A DNA stretch of 64,000 nt from Candidatus Latescibacterota bacterium (GTDB lineage: Bacteria > Latescibacterota > UBA2968 > GCA-2709665), in NCBI GenBank assembly GCA_965116875.1, contig OZ220733.1, positions 992,001-1,056,000 on the forward strand, in the 5' to 3' direction. Every line of letters begins with the position of its first letter. Positions within the stretch are counted from its first letter, which is position 1. Of this stretch, positions 1 through 10,510 are shown one piece after another. The notes under the pieces were generated by a model. That model did not search any database, had not been told where the DNA came from, and worked only from the letters and a program-made list of their open reading frames with translations. The translations under genes and the position numbers were made by a program.

Positions 1-2
1 GG

Positions 3-875
3 AACGACCAGGTGCGCTTCCAACTCGTCGCCAATATGCTGTCGCCCGCCGTCAATGTATATGCGCCTTGGCGCGACGATGCATTCCTGGAGCATTTCGG
101 GGGACGCAGGGAGATGATCGCCTACTGCCAGGCCCGGAACCTGCCCATTACGGCCACACAGGACAAGCCGTATTCAACGGATGCGAATCTGCTGGGGTTG
201 ACGCATGAGGCGGGAAAGCTGGAATACCTTGACGTGGCCGCGGATTTCGTCGAGCCGGGCATGGGCGTTTTCCCCAGGGACGCGCCGGACCGCCCGGAGA
301 CGTTCTCCGTTACGCTTGAAGCGGGGCGCCCCGTGCTTGTGAACGGGGAGCACGTGGATGCCGTGTCGGCGATCGCAACGGCAAACGACGTTGCGGGGCG
401 TCACGGAGTCGGCATCGGTATCCACACGGTCGAGAATCGCTTTGTGGGCATCAAATCCCGGGGGGTGTATGAAAGCCCCGGGCTTGCATTGCTTGGCGCG
501 TGCTACCAGTTCCTGTTGCAGCAGGTGCTCGACAGGCGGGCGCGGCGGTTTTACGATTCTCTCTCCTCGGTGCTTGCCGAGCAGATCTACCAGGGGTATT
601 ACTTCGACCTGTCATCGCAGATGATTCGAAGCGCCCTCTCGCCCGTTCGAAAGCTGGCGGATGGCTCGCTGACCGTTTCGGTCTACAAGGGGTCGGTAAC
701 GTATCAATCCTCCGGGTCCGTGGCGCATTCCCTGTATTCCTCCGAACTGTCCTCGATGGAAGCGATCGGCGACTACGACCATCGGGATTCGGAGGGATTC
801 CTGAATGTGCTGAGTGTCGGCGCGAAGGCGCTGAATGCGTCGCAACAGGTGGACAATGGTCTGACGGAAGACTGA
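3..875 (+). CDS. argG: Argininosuccinate synthase (5'-truncated by window edge)
   Basis: Frame open from base 3: NDQVRF...APWR...YSTDANL...VENRFVGIKSRGVYESPG, all ArgG signatures; directly upstream of argH. Confidence 0.95.
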   Translation, partial: NDQVRFQLVANMLSPAVNVYAPWRDDAFLEHFGGRREMIAYCQARNLPITATQDKPYSTDANLLGLTHEAGKLEYLDVAADFVEPGMGVFPRDAPDRPETFSVTLEAGRPVLVNGEHVDAVSAIATANDVAGRHGVGIGIHTVENRFVGIKSRGVYESPGLALLGACYQFLLQQVLDRRARRFYDSLSSVLAEQIYQGYYFDLSSQMIRSALSPVRKLADGSLTVSVYKGSVTYQSSGSVAHSLYSSELSSMEAIGDYDHRDSEGFLNVLSVGAKALNASQQVDNGLTED

Positions 876-931
876 GAGACCGGGATCCGCAGTCCGCTTC
901 ATGGGATATGGGGTCTGATTGGGACCATTCA

Positions 932-2338
932 ATGGGTGAACCTGCAAAAAAGCCATGGTCGGGTCGCTTCGACGAGGCGTCGGAAAGCGCGATGGAGCAA
1001 TTCAACGCATCCATCGGGTTCGACCGGCGGCTATACCGGGCGGACATCGCCGGAAGCCGGGCTCAGGCGAAAGCCCTGGCGAACATCGGCGTCCTTACGC
1101 CACAGGAACTGGACCGCATCCTGAAGGGCCTGGATCAGGTGGAAGCGGAAATTGCCGACGGCCGATTCGTGCCGGCCGCGCACCTGGAAGACATACACAT
1201 GGCGGTTGAGGCGCGGTTGATCGAGATCGTGGGTGACGTGGGCGGCAAACTCCATACAGGGCGCAGCAGGAACGATCAGGTTGCGCTGGATGAGCGGCTG
1301 TATCTGCGGGAGGCGGCTCGGGATACCGTTGCCGGCATCGACCGCCTGCAGACCGTCCTGGTGGATTTCGCCGATCGGCACATTGACGTCCTCATGCCGG
1401 GATATACGCATCTGCAGCAGGCGCAACCCGTGCGGCTGTCGCACTATACGATGGCGTTGTTCTGGATGCTGGATCGGGACCACGGTCGATTCGCCGCGTG
1501 CGCCGACCGGGCCGATGCAATGCCGCTCGGATCTGGCGCCTTCGCCGGCAGCGCATATCCGATCGACCGCGAATTCCTTGCGTCGGAACTGGGTTTTTCG
1601 CGGATAACCGAAAACAGTATCGACGCGGTCAGCGACCGGGACTATCTCCTGGAGTACATGGCCGCCGCGGCGATTCTCACGGGGCACCTCAGCAGGTTCT
1701 GCGAAGACCTGATCGTCTGGTCGTCAACCGAGTTTCGGTTTATCGAACTCGACGACGCGTACAGCACCGGCTCGAGCATGATGCCGCAGAAGAAAAACCC
1801 GGATTCGCTGGAACTGGTCCGCGGCAAGACGGGGCGGGTGTACGGTAATCTGATGGCGCTGTTGACCGTGATGAAGGGATTGCCTCTGACCTATTCGAAA
1901 GATCTTCAGGAGGACAAAGAGTCCTTCTTTGATACGGTCGATACGATTCATCAGGTGTTGGAGGTCTTCGCAGGCGCGTGGCGGACAATGACGGTCCAGG
2001 CCGAGCGGATGCGCGAAGCTCTCGACGGCGCCGTTGTCGCGACGGACCTCGCGGATTATCTCGTGAGAAAAGGGCTGCCCTTTCGTGAAACCCATCGAAT
2101 CGTGGGCAGGCTGGTCCGGACGGCCCTGTCACAGGGGCGGCGCCTGGACGAGCTGGACCTGGGGACCCTTCATTCGGAGTGCGATCTGTTCGAGGCGGAC
2201 GTGTTGGAGTCGCTTCGCGCAGACGCCAGTGTCAACCGGCGGGAACTGGATGGGGGCACCGGCTACGAGGCCGTGGCGGCGCAGATTCGCGGCGGCAGAC
2301 GGTTACTCGACCGGAGAAGGCGGAGAGCGGAAGGGTGA
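932..2338 (+). CDS. argH: Argininosuccinate lyase
   Basis: WSGRF N-terminus, HTGRSRNDQV, MPGYTHLQQAQP, TGSSMMPQKKNPD signature. Start placed at ATG 932 (MGEPAKKPWSGRF) within ORF 500..2338; ATG 908 is an alternative. Confidence 0.96.
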   Translation: MGEPAKKPWSGRFDEASESAMEQFNASIGFDRRLYRADIAGSRAQAKALANIGVLTPQELDRILKGLDQVEAEIADGRFVPAAHLEDIHMAVEARLIEIVGDVGGKLHTGRSRNDQVALDERLYLREAARDTVAGIDRLQTVLVDFADRHIDVLMPGYTHLQQAQPVRLSHYTMALFWMLDRDHGRFAACADRADAMPLGSGAFAGSAYPIDREFLASELGFSRITENSIDAVSDRDYLLEYMAAAAILTGHLSRFCEDLIVWSSTEFRFIELDDAYSTGSSMMPQKKNPDSLELVRGKTGRVYGNLMALLTVMKGLPLTYSKDLQEDKESFFDTVDTIHQVLEVFAGAWRTMTVQAERMREALDGAVVATDLADYLVRKGLPFRETHRIVGRLVRTALSQGRRLDELDLGTLHSECDLFEADVLESLRADASVNRRELDGGTGYEAVAAQIRGGRRLLDRRRRRAEG

Positions 2339-2970
2339 AGTCCTTCAGCGAGCGCGATGTGCGGCGGCACTACGACCTGCTGCAACACAGCCCGGATCTC
2401 GGTCTTACGCATCTGAAGGCGACGGACGGAGACCACGTCATCGGCATCGGGCTGTTCGATAACGAGGCCGATTTCGTTTCGGAGTGCCGGCGATACAACG
2501 GGCTGGGTACGCTGCACGTGGGTGTAAACCCGCGTTCGAATCGCCTGATGGAGGACTATGGCGGCTTACGGAACCGCATGCGCACCCTGTTCATGGACGT
2601 GGTTGCGGAAGGAGATATAGACTTTGTCACCGGAGTGGCCGTGATCAATCCGGATCAGCTGGTCCAACCTTCCCGAGAGTTCCTGCGCGACGCCTCCGTG
2701 CTTGTGGACGGCGAGGTCTTCTTCCCGCTCGATAAAGCGATGCCGGTATCCCCGGAATCCCTGCAGAAAGTCCGGCGACGGATGGATGTATGGCTATACG
2801 GCGAATGCGATTTCGACGGAATCGACCTGATGCAATTCGTAAGGGTTGCGGGAACGGCGGCTGCGGACGCTGGTTGGTTCAGACGAAGGACGATATTCAG
2901 GAAATACCGTCCGTATATCATGGATGGGATTACAGCCGGAATCGAGGAATTGACAGACGAACCGTCGTAG
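2335..2970 (+). CDS. Hypothetical protein, possible degenerate RepB-primase/AEP-like fold
   Basis: GTG start overlaps the argH stop (GTGA). Motifs LHVGVNPR and DLMQFVRVAGT loosely resemble AEP/RepB primase motifs. Confidence 0.6.
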   Translation: MKSFSERDVRRHYDLLQHSPDLGLTHLKATDGDHVIGIGLFDNEADFVSECRRYNGLGTLHVGVNPRSNRLMEDYGGLRNRMRTLFMDVVAEGDIDFVTGVAVINPDQLVQPSREFLRDASVLVDGEVFFPLDKAMPVSPESLQKVRRRMDVWLYGECDFDGIDLMQFVRVAGTAAADAGWFRRRTIFRKYRPYIMDGITAGIEELTDEPS

Positions 2971-3045
2971 AAATCCCGGAAACGGAACTTTGGCGCCGCT
3001 GGGGCGTTTACGGGGCAGCGTCAGGCACAGGCTGACTGCAGGCGT

Positions 3046-3070
3046 GCGGGTCGACGACCCGCTTTTTTTT
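3046..3070 (+). terminator. Rho-independent terminator
   Basis: GCGGGTC-gac-GACCCGC hairpin followed by T8, downstream of the argG-argH-hypothetical run. Confidence 0.8.
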
Positions 3071-3149
3071 CGCAATGCGAGTTCCTGTGCTCGCGCCCGG
3101 GAACTCACCGGCAATTTTAAAAAAGCTTCTCACATCCTGGGAGATGGTT

Positions 3150-4205
3150 ATGTTTCGAAAGTCAATCGCATTGCTGTGCGCCAGTTGCGTGCTGTGGACA
3201 AGCCTGGTTGGCGCAGGTCAGACCCGGGCGGCGGACCCGGAAGGCGAAAATGCGAAAAATGGAGGAGAGGACGGCGAAAAACGTCCCACAACCATCCGGA
3301 CTATCGAAGCCCTGGAGGATGCAGGCTGGGCCATCGTGGACGTTCGGCAGATCGAGGGCAACCTTGTCGTGCTGAGCCCGCTCGTAGGACCGGAAATCGA
3401 CCTGGAGGAGAGCAACCGCTATTCCCTGTTCCAGGGGCGCAGCGTCTATAACGAAAGGGTTCCCCTCCGACTGCTCGATATGGCGATCCCCGGCATTCAG
3501 ACGGCCACTTTTCTGAAGAGCGGAGAACGCGTGATGGTAAGGATCCGATACCGGTCGGGTCCGAAAATCGCCAACAGGACCGTTCCGGTGGGAGACGAGG
3601 ATGCGCTCAGACGGCTGCGGGAATATGTCGAACATTTCGACAAGGTCCGGAAGGGTGAATACAAGATCGGATTCGAATCCCGGTTGCCGGACGATGCGGA
3701 ATACCCCAAGTATACCGACCGGAAGATCTCCTTCGAAGAGCGGCGTCCGCGGGCCGGAATTACGCGCCGGCTTCGAGGCGGGGTGGTCATGAAGGACGGT
3801 GAACGGATCGAGGGACAGTTGCTGCCGGAATACGACGACGGAACCGTACTGGTACAATCCGGTCTCGATGCCCGTCGGATTCCGGTTAAAGATATCGACC
3901 GGGTCCTGTTCCTTCGAGGGAGGCATTCAAAAAAACTCGGCACCGCAATCCGGATGGGGGTTGGGGGCGCAATATCCGGCGCCATCGTGGGTACGTTTGC
4001 CGGCTGGCAGACTGACTCGCCGGTCAAAGAGACAGCGCTTCTGTTTGGCGCGATATCCGGAGCGATTGGATTTTTCACGGGTCTGTTCCGCTCCAGCGGC
4101 GGCCCCGGAAAACGTGAATTCGTGCTGGGACCCGTAAGCGACGGGCGGGATCGAGACTCGGACCGTGATGAGGAGAATGACAGGCGCGGACCCCGAGGCA
4201 GATAG
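3150..4205 (+). CDS. Hypothetical exported/membrane protein
   Basis: Signal-peptide-like N-terminus (MFRKSIALLCASCVLWTSLVGA), C-terminal glycine-zipper-like hydrophobic pair; GGGAG RBS upstream of ATG 3150. Confidence 0.7.
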   Translation: MFRKSIALLCASCVLWTSLVGAGQTRAADPEGENAKNGGEDGEKRPTTIRTIEALEDAGWAIVDVRQIEGNLVVLSPLVGPEIDLEESNRYSLFQGRSVYNERVPLRLLDMAIPGIQTATFLKSGERVMVRIRYRSGPKIANRTVPVGDEDALRRLREYVEHFDKVRKGEYKIGFESRLPDDAEYPKYTDRKISFEERRPRAGITRRLRGGVVMKDGERIEGQLLPEYDDGTVLVQSGLDARRIPVKDIDRVLFLRGRHSKKLGTAIRMGVGGAISGAIVGTFAGWQTDSPVKETALLFGAISGAIGFFTGLFRSSGGPGKREFVLGPVSDGRDRDSDRDEENDRRGPRGR

Positions 4206-4229
4206 CCGGCTGGCAGGTAGACAAGAGGT

Positions 4230-4751
4230 GTGACATTGCCAGGCTTAGCGTATCTGGACGCACGTCCGGAAGTTCATGAATCTGCTTTTCTGGCCGACGG
4301 TGCGATTCTTGTTGGAAGGGTGTGTGTCGCGGCTGAGGCAAGTATCTGGTTCAATGCGGTGTTGCGCGGTGACGAGGAGCCGATCCGGATCGGCAAGGGG
4401 TCCAATATCCAGGACGGTGCGGTCCTGCATACCGATCCGGGATGTCCCTGTACCGTGGGCGAGTACGTGACTGTCGGGCACAACGCGATTCTGCACGGCT
4501 GTCTCGTAGATCGCGGGGCGACCATCGGAATGGGCGCAACGGTATTGAATCTGGCGCGGGTCGGCGAGGAATCGCTCGTCGCGGCGAACGCGCTGGTTCT
4601 CGAAGGTATGGAAATTCCGCCCCGGACGCTGGCGGCCGGGGTGCCGGCCAGGGTAAGGCGGGAACTCACGGAAGAAGAGATCGCGAATTTCAGGAAGAAT
4701 ACGGACGGGTACGTCAGGAGGAGGGGAATCTACAAGCGACGAGACCGGTAA
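4230..4751 (+). CDS. Gamma carbonic anhydrase family (YrdA/CaiE-like) hexapeptide-repeat protein
   Basis: IWFNAVLRGD, SNIQDGAVLH, TVGHNAILHGC, AGVPARV motifs. Confidence 0.92.
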   Translation: MTLPGLAYLDARPEVHESAFLADGAILVGRVCVAAEASIWFNAVLRGDEEPIRIGKGSNIQDGAVLHTDPGCPCTVGEYVTVGHNAILHGCLVDRGATIGMGATVLNLARVGEESLVAANALVLEGMEIPPRTLAAGVPARVRRELTEEEIANFRKNTDGYVRRRGIYKRRDR

Positions 4752-4909
4752 ATTGAATATCGAGATTCGCCGAGGCGGGCCCCAATGGTTTGGCGCCCGC
4801 CATTGTTGTTGCTCGTCCGTACCGTTTGAGTCATCGATGCGTGAATGTGCAGGGCCTGGTCCTGTATCGCAAACCGGCAGTTTGCAGCGACGAGTCAAGG
4901 CTGGGAACT

Positions 4910-5287
4910 TTGGTACAAGAATCCGACATTACCGAGAGGTTCGAGCGGGGCATCCGAGAGTTCAATGCCGGCGACTACTACGCGTCTCACGACACGTGGG
5001 AGGACGTCTGGATGGATGTGCGGGGATCTGAAAGACCCTTTTTTCAGGGCATGATCCAGGTGGCGGTGGGCTACTATCACCTGACGTGCGAGAATTACGC
5101 GGGCGCGGAACACCTGTTGACCCGGGGGATCCGAAAGCTGGAGGCGTACAGTCCCGGCCACCGTGGAGTCGATACCGGGCGCCTGGTTGGCGAAGCGGCG
5201 ACGGCGCTTGCCGAGGTCCTCGAAGTCCGCGCGGGGAAACGGAAGTCGTACTCTTCGGCAATTGCGCCAAGGATTCGACGGGCGTGA
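4910..5287 (+). CDS. DUF309 family protein
   Basis: GIREFNAGDYYASHDTWEDVW...FFQGMIQVAVGYYH pattern; start uncertain (TTG 4910 chosen within ORF 4790..5287). Confidence 0.82.
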   Translation: MVQESDITERFERGIREFNAGDYYASHDTWEDVWMDVRGSERPFFQGMIQVAVGYYHLTCENYAGAEHLLTRGIRKLEAYSPGHRGVDTGRLVGEAATALAEVLEVRAGKRKSYSSAIAPRIRRA

Positions 5288-5453
5288 ATCTGCTGCATTC
5301 TGGTCGAATACCAGGCTTCTGATTCACGCAGTGCTCGTTGACACACGCGGATGGCGCCTGTATATTGGATCGAGGCTGCAGGATACCGTTATTTTGCCAC
5401 GTAGACGATGGTATCGTGGTTATTCAGACAGGATGAACGGAAGGGAATTCTCA

Positions 5454-6242
5454 ATGCGGTTAGAGGGCAAAGTCGCATGGATCACGGGCGGCGGCGCGGG
5501 CATCGGCAAGGCCGTGTCGATGCGGTTTGCGAAGGAAGGCGCGAAGGTGGTCGTATTGGAACTCGATCGGGAACGCGGGGAGTCCGTGGTTGAGGCGATC
5601 AAACGGGCGGGTGGCGAAGCCGAACTCGTGGTGGGCAGCGCGACTGATGAGACGAATGTCAATCGTGCGCTGGATGTGGCCCTGAAATCATATGGCGGTC
5701 TGGATATTCTGGTCAACAACGCCTATTCTTGTCATGGGACCAAAGTCCTGGATATAGATCCGGATTTATGGGACCGCAATATCGAGGGATGCCTGAAGAG
5801 CGCCTACCTCTGCAGCCGTGCGGCGCTTCCACGAATGATCGATCGCGGCGGCGGATCCATTGTGAACATTTCGTCCGTCAATGCGATCATGTCGTTTGGC
5901 GAGAGTGCGTACAGCGCCGCGAAGGCAGGCGTCATTTCGCTCACGAAGACAACGGCGGTAGATTACGGCCCAGCGGGCGTCAGGGTGAATGCAATCTGCC
6001 CCGGCACAATCATCACCGAAGGGTGGCAGCACGTACTCGATAAGGATCCTGAAATTTTCGAACGTATCGCCGAGGTTTATCCGCTCAAGCGCGTGGGCAG
6101 ACCTGAGGAAATCGCAAACGTCGCGCTTTTTCTGGCCTCGGACGAGGCGTCGTTCGTCACTGGCGCGGTGGTCGTGGCCGACGGGGGCGTGACGTCCGGA
6201 AATCCCGCGTTTCTGGACCACGTGGAAGGTAAACTCTCGTGA
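5454..6242 (+). CDS. Short-chain dehydrogenase/reductase (FabG-like SDR)
   Basis: TGGGAGIG, DILVNNA, catalytic YSAAK, VRVNAICPG. Confidence 0.93.
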   Translation: MRLEGKVAWITGGGAGIGKAVSMRFAKEGAKVVVLELDRERGESVVEAIKRAGGEAELVVGSATDETNVNRALDVALKSYGGLDILVNNAYSCHGTKVLDIDPDLWDRNIEGCLKSAYLCSRAALPRMIDRGGGSIVNISSVNAIMSFGESAYSAAKAGVISLTKTTAVDYGPAGVRVNAICPGTIITEGWQHVLDKDPEIFERIAEVYPLKRVGRPEEIANVALFLASDEASFVTGAVVVADGGVTSGNPAFLDHVEGKLS

Positions 6243-7180
6243 AACCACCGCTTCGAATGCGTGACGGGTCCGTTTCCGATCCGGAACTCGGGGACCTGAT
6301 GGCACGATGTGCAGAGGGAGCAGGAGACGTATCGCCGCCGACCAGGGAGATCCTCGAAAATCTGCGTAATGACGAGATCCTGCTGGCATTCGACGGACCG
6401 ACGCCCGTTGGCTTCTGCGTAATGACGTTTGCGGACGGAGCACGGAACGCGGCGCTGAGATTCCTTGGGGTACACCCCGACCGCCGGCGAACTGGGCTTG
6501 GTCGGCGTCTCCTGGCGGAAGCGGAAGCGGTCGCCGGCACAAACGGGTACGCATCATTGCGGACGGGCGCGAGCATCTCCAGCGATCATGTGGCCGCAAC
6601 CGGACTTCTGGAACAATCGGGATGGAAACCCGTGTTCGGCGCGAGCCTGAGAATGTGGCGGAAACTCAAGGATCTTCCCAGTGCGAATGCGCCGGCAGGG
6701 TACCGAATAAGAACCTACGAGGCCGGCGACGACGCGGCATTCGTGCGGATCAAGAATGCGGCGTTCATGAGCGAGAACGCAGGCGGACGGGCGTGGACGG
6801 CGGCGGACTTCGAAAAGGAATATCTGGACTCGCCGCATTTCGATCCGAAGCGGGTCATGTTCGCGGTTTTCGGCGACGAACCCGTGGGCACAACCACAGC
6901 CTGGACGGCAACGTACTTGGGCAGGGACGTCGGCCTGATTCACTGGGTAGCAGTTGTACCGGAGCACCGGAGCAAGGGTTTGGGTTGGTGGTTGAACGTG
7001 CGTGCGTTGCACAAGTTGAAAGCGTTGGGATACAGGGAAGCCACCCTGAATACCAGCGAAACGCTGGAATCGGCCGTTCGCCTGTACCGCCGCCTGGGTT
7101 TTAAGGTGGTTTTGCGGCGCGCAGTGTACGAGAAGCCGCTCAACGGCGGTCGCAGTCCGTCCGTCGTTTCACGGGACTGA
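6239..7180 (+). CDS. Tandem-domain GNAT N-acetyltransferase (MshD-like architecture)
   Basis: Two acetyl-CoA motifs (VHPDRRRTGLG; VVPEHRSKGLG) and AVRLYRRLGF; start overlaps the SDR stop. Confidence 0.85.
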   Translation: MKPPLRMRDGSVSDPELGDLMARCAEGAGDVSPPTREILENLRNDEILLAFDGPTPVGFCVMTFADGARNAALRFLGVHPDRRRTGLGRRLLAEAEAVAGTNGYASLRTGASISSDHVAATGLLEQSGWKPVFGASLRMWRKLKDLPSANAPAGYRIRTYEAGDDAAFVRIKNAAFMSENAGGRAWTAADFEKEYLDSPHFDPKRVMFAVFGDEPVGTTTAWTATYLGRDVGLIHWVAVVPEHRSKGLGWWLNVRALHKLKALGYREATLNTSETLESAVRLYRRLGFKVVLRRAVYEKPLNGGRSPSVVSRD

Positions 7181-7222
7181 ATACTGCGGCGTTGCATCTG
7201 TCAGGGTGTGAGGATAGCAGAA

Positions 7223-7741
7223 ATGAAGCGTCATCTGGGCATGCTCATGATCCTCTGTATGGGCTGTGGTTCTTCGGATCCCGTGGGTGTGGTCGAACCG
7301 GCGCCGGACTCCACCGGCAAGATGCTGTCGGTTGCCGCGTCGGATTTTAACGCGTATCTCGTTGACGCCTTTCGAACCTACCAGACGGTGAACGTGATGA
7401 ATGCCGAATTCGGGTCCATCACGCAGGGATGGTCGGGTGGCGTGGTTTCGCGGTACTGGACACGGCAGTTCATGTCCAATCTGATCACCCGCCTGGAGAC
7501 GCTGCAGGTCCAGGTACGGGACATTCGCCCGGACGACAGCGAGTTGCGGCGGATTCACGATTCGTACGAGCAGGGGCTGGCCACCTTTCACGAGGCTTTC
7601 GTCGCCTTTCTGGGCCAGATCGACTTCCCCACAACCGAGGGGATCGAAGGCGTGAACCTGCTCATTTTCAGAGGCAACCAACGCATGGATGAGTTTCAAT
7701 TGTTGTTGAGCAATCTTGCGGGAAGGCAGATCCAGTTTTAA
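7223..7741 (+). CDS. Putative lipoprotein
   Basis: MKRHLGMLMILCMGC lipobox-like signal followed by a predicted helical body. Confidence 0.65.
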   Translation: MKRHLGMLMILCMGCGSSDPVGVVEPAPDSTGKMLSVAASDFNAYLVDAFRTYQTVNVMNAEFGSITQGWSGGVVSRYWTRQFMSNLITRLETLQVQVRDIRPDDSELRRIHDSYEQGLATFHEAFVAFLGQIDFPTTEGIEGVNLLIFRGNQRMDEFQLLLSNLAGRQIQF

Positions 7742-8094
7742 CCGGGATTCGTCGTTTTTCGGGGAAGTTAATTCGGATATGTGTAAGTAGATAAAGGCGA
7801 TTAAACTACGGATACCCAGGATACACCAGGTCGCTGGACGTGAAAAAAATGACCTTCCTGACGACGATTTCGGCCCGTATCGGAAAGTTTCGTCGCGGTG
7901 CCGCGTTGCGGTTTTTGCGAATTTAGGCTAACGCACACGATATAAATGCAGGTTTGACGCCCCGTTGGGGATGGACAACGGGCTCGTCTCACGTCTCTCT
8001 TTTTGCCGTTCACCCGTAACCGGAGCGCCTGATACACCGGTACCAAATCGGTTCCTGACCCGGAAATCAGTAAGTATACATATCTCTCCATTCC

Positions 8095-8125
8095 CGAAGA
8101 AGGGTCCGTTCAGGACCCTTCTTCG
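8095..8125. terminator. Perfect 13-bp stem-loop (terminator-like)
   Basis: CGAAGAAGGGTCC-gttca-GGACCCTTCTTCG in the ~600-bp intergenic region. Confidence 0.55.
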
Positions 8126-8353
8126 TCTTACTGTTGATATCCATCGGCTCTTCACTCTTTTGGGAGAGTACCTGATCGCAATCAAATAGGTTGAACCCGA
8201 ACCCTCCGGAATGTGTCTTACGATAGTGAACGGATGCATTACGGACATTGCGACCTGCAGCGCCGTCATGTTGTCGGTCAGCACTTGCGTCCTCTCGTTG
8301 TGAAAGACCACCAACCTGCAACTCCAGCCTGCGTGAAGCAGGGAGATCCTCGA

Positions 8354-10389
8354 ATGCTCCGACCGGCGATATCGATTTGCCTCCTGGTGTTGATCGCCCC
8401 CGCCGTCGATGCCGGACGGTCCGATCCTGCGAGAGTGGACTCGCTTCTGACCGCCGCGGCGGATACGCTGCTCGACCGCGACCGGCGAGAAGCCCTGATG
8501 AAGCGCGCGCTCAGGCACGACCGGTCCGGCAAGACGATGCACGCCCTGGCGCGGTTTTACATGGCGCGGGCACGCCGGTTTCCCGACAGACGGCCGGCCA
8601 CTGGCTGCTGCGCGCCGTGATGCGTGAGCGGGAAAACCCGGACTATCGGGCAACCCATGCCGAGCTGTTATGGCGGACGTTGAAACGTCCGGAATCATAC
8701 AGAAAAGCGCTCCAGGTTCTGGAACTGGATCCGGATCATGTCGAGGCGCTGTTCTGGGCGGGGCGATTCGCGGTCTGGGCATGGGAGATGACCTATTTCA
8801 CGGACAGACTCGATGACGACACAAAAGCGGCGATCGGGATGTATTCAATCAGAGGCGGAAAGACACTGACGTTCGTCGAATATCCGGATCTTGACATCGA
8901 GACCGGAATCGGTTACCTCACCCGCGCCATCGGCCTGGACCCCGTCCACTGGCCGTCGCATCAGGTTCTCGGGCTGGCCTATTACGCCGCCGAAATGCCC
9001 GGGCCGCTGATCGAGCTCTTCGAAGCCTATCGAATGCGGCGGCCGGAAAACTGGAACGCACACTTTTTCGCCGGCCTGGGCTATCAGATGAAAGGGGACC
9101 TGGAAAGCGCATATCGCGCCTACCTGGACGGCCTGAACCGGATGACCGAATCGGCGCGGAGGTTCATGCAGTCGATTTTCCTGATCCGGAACCCTGCCGA
9201 AACACAAGGTGAACCGCCCCCGAGCGACGAGGAAATCCGCAAGTTCTGGCTGGGAAAGGACCCGATCTACCTCACATCGGTCAACGAACGCCTGCTGGAA
9301 CAGTGCCGGCGCGTGGCCTACGCGAACCTGCGCTTCTCCGATCCCACGCTCGGGCGGCAGGGATGGCAGACTGACATGGGACAGACCTATATCCGGTACG
9401 GAGACCCGCGCGTCCGGTACATGGACGGACCCGGGAGGGGTCGGAAGGACGTCTGGGATTACGGCCCGTTTACAGTGATATTCGCCCCCACGGTTACCTG
9501 GGACTCCTGGCGGTTCGCAAGGGCCAGGCTGGGCAATAAACGCGTGAAACTCGAACAACTGGTAGAGCAGGTACCCGACTTCTATCAGCATCCGCTGCAG
9601 TATGACGCCCCATACCAGACTGCGCAGTTCCGGCATGACGACGCCGATACGCGCATCGAGGTGTATTACGCGCTACCGGAGGAAAACGTGCGGCATACCG
9701 TTTCGGAGAACGATGGAAACGCTGGAGTGGACGCCAGGCAGGCGCTTTTTCTCTTCGACTCCAGTTGGGATACCGTCCGGCACAGCGTCGCAATGGTGGA
9801 GCGGATGCCGCGGGTCGTCTACGAATCCACGGAAGAGGCCTTCCTTCTGGCCGCGGAACGTATGAATATCGATCCGGGGACCTATTTCCTCGCCGCTGAA
9901 GTTGAAGACCGGGCGACCAGGCGGACAGGCACGTTCCGGGAACGGCTGAGGGTACGATCATTCGGCACGGACACGCTGGAGATCAGCGACCTGTTGATGG
10001 CGCGACGCATTCGGATGCTGGAGAACGCGCCCTACGGCCGTGAGCGGTTTGCGGTACTCCCGAATCCGCTGCAGATGTGCCGCACGGGAGGGCAGGCCTG
10101 GTTCTATTTCGAAATCTACAATCTTTCGCGTGACGAATACGGCGCCACGCACTACCGCATCAGCTATCAGATGCAGTCGCTGCCGGAGGGAAAGGGCGAC
10201 GGCTCCCCTGCCGACTGGACGACGGCCGTTTCATACACGTACCGGGGCGCCCGGGATTGGGAACCGCGCGACCTGCGCGTGGACATGGACGGCGCTTCGC
10301 CGGGTCCCAGGGCATTTCGAGTCGTGGCGGAGGACCTGCACACCGGTCGCAGGGCGTTGGCGGAAACACGTTTCAGGGTGAGGTGGTAA
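8354..10389 (+). pseudogene. GWxTD-domain TPR protein, frameshifted near 8568 (real lesion or sequencing indel)
   Basis: Signal peptide and N-terminus (MLRPAISICLLVLIAPAVDA) lie in the frame of ORF 8213..8620; TPR repeats and GWQTDMGQTYIRYGDP lie in the frame of ORF 8248..10389. One extra G in GCGCGGGCACG joins them. Confidence 0.75.
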
Positions 10390-10435
10390 CGGAATCTGCG
10401 CATTGACTCCGCCCGGGGACGTGGACCACGCAAGA

Positions 10436-10477
10436 GAAAGAGGGCCTGAGCATCAGCCTCGGCCCTCTTCTTTCTGT
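10436..10477. terminator. Probable bidirectional terminator
   Basis: AAGAGGGCC...GGCCCTCTT stem with T-rich and A-rich flanks between convergent genes. Confidence 0.65.
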
Positions 10478-10510
10478 TGTGGCGTTATCTGGAACTTTCG
10501 CCCTGCCGGT

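Noticed and set aside
500-931. N-terminal extension of argH in the ORF track
   Set aside because: It overlaps argG in another frame; ArgH similarity starts at PWSGRF.
8230-8320. c-di-GMP-I or TPP riboswitch
   Set aside because: Only fragmentary words match (GGACGCAA on the minus strand; ACCTGAT near 8170); the required GCAAAC/GAAA or CTGAGA elements are absent.
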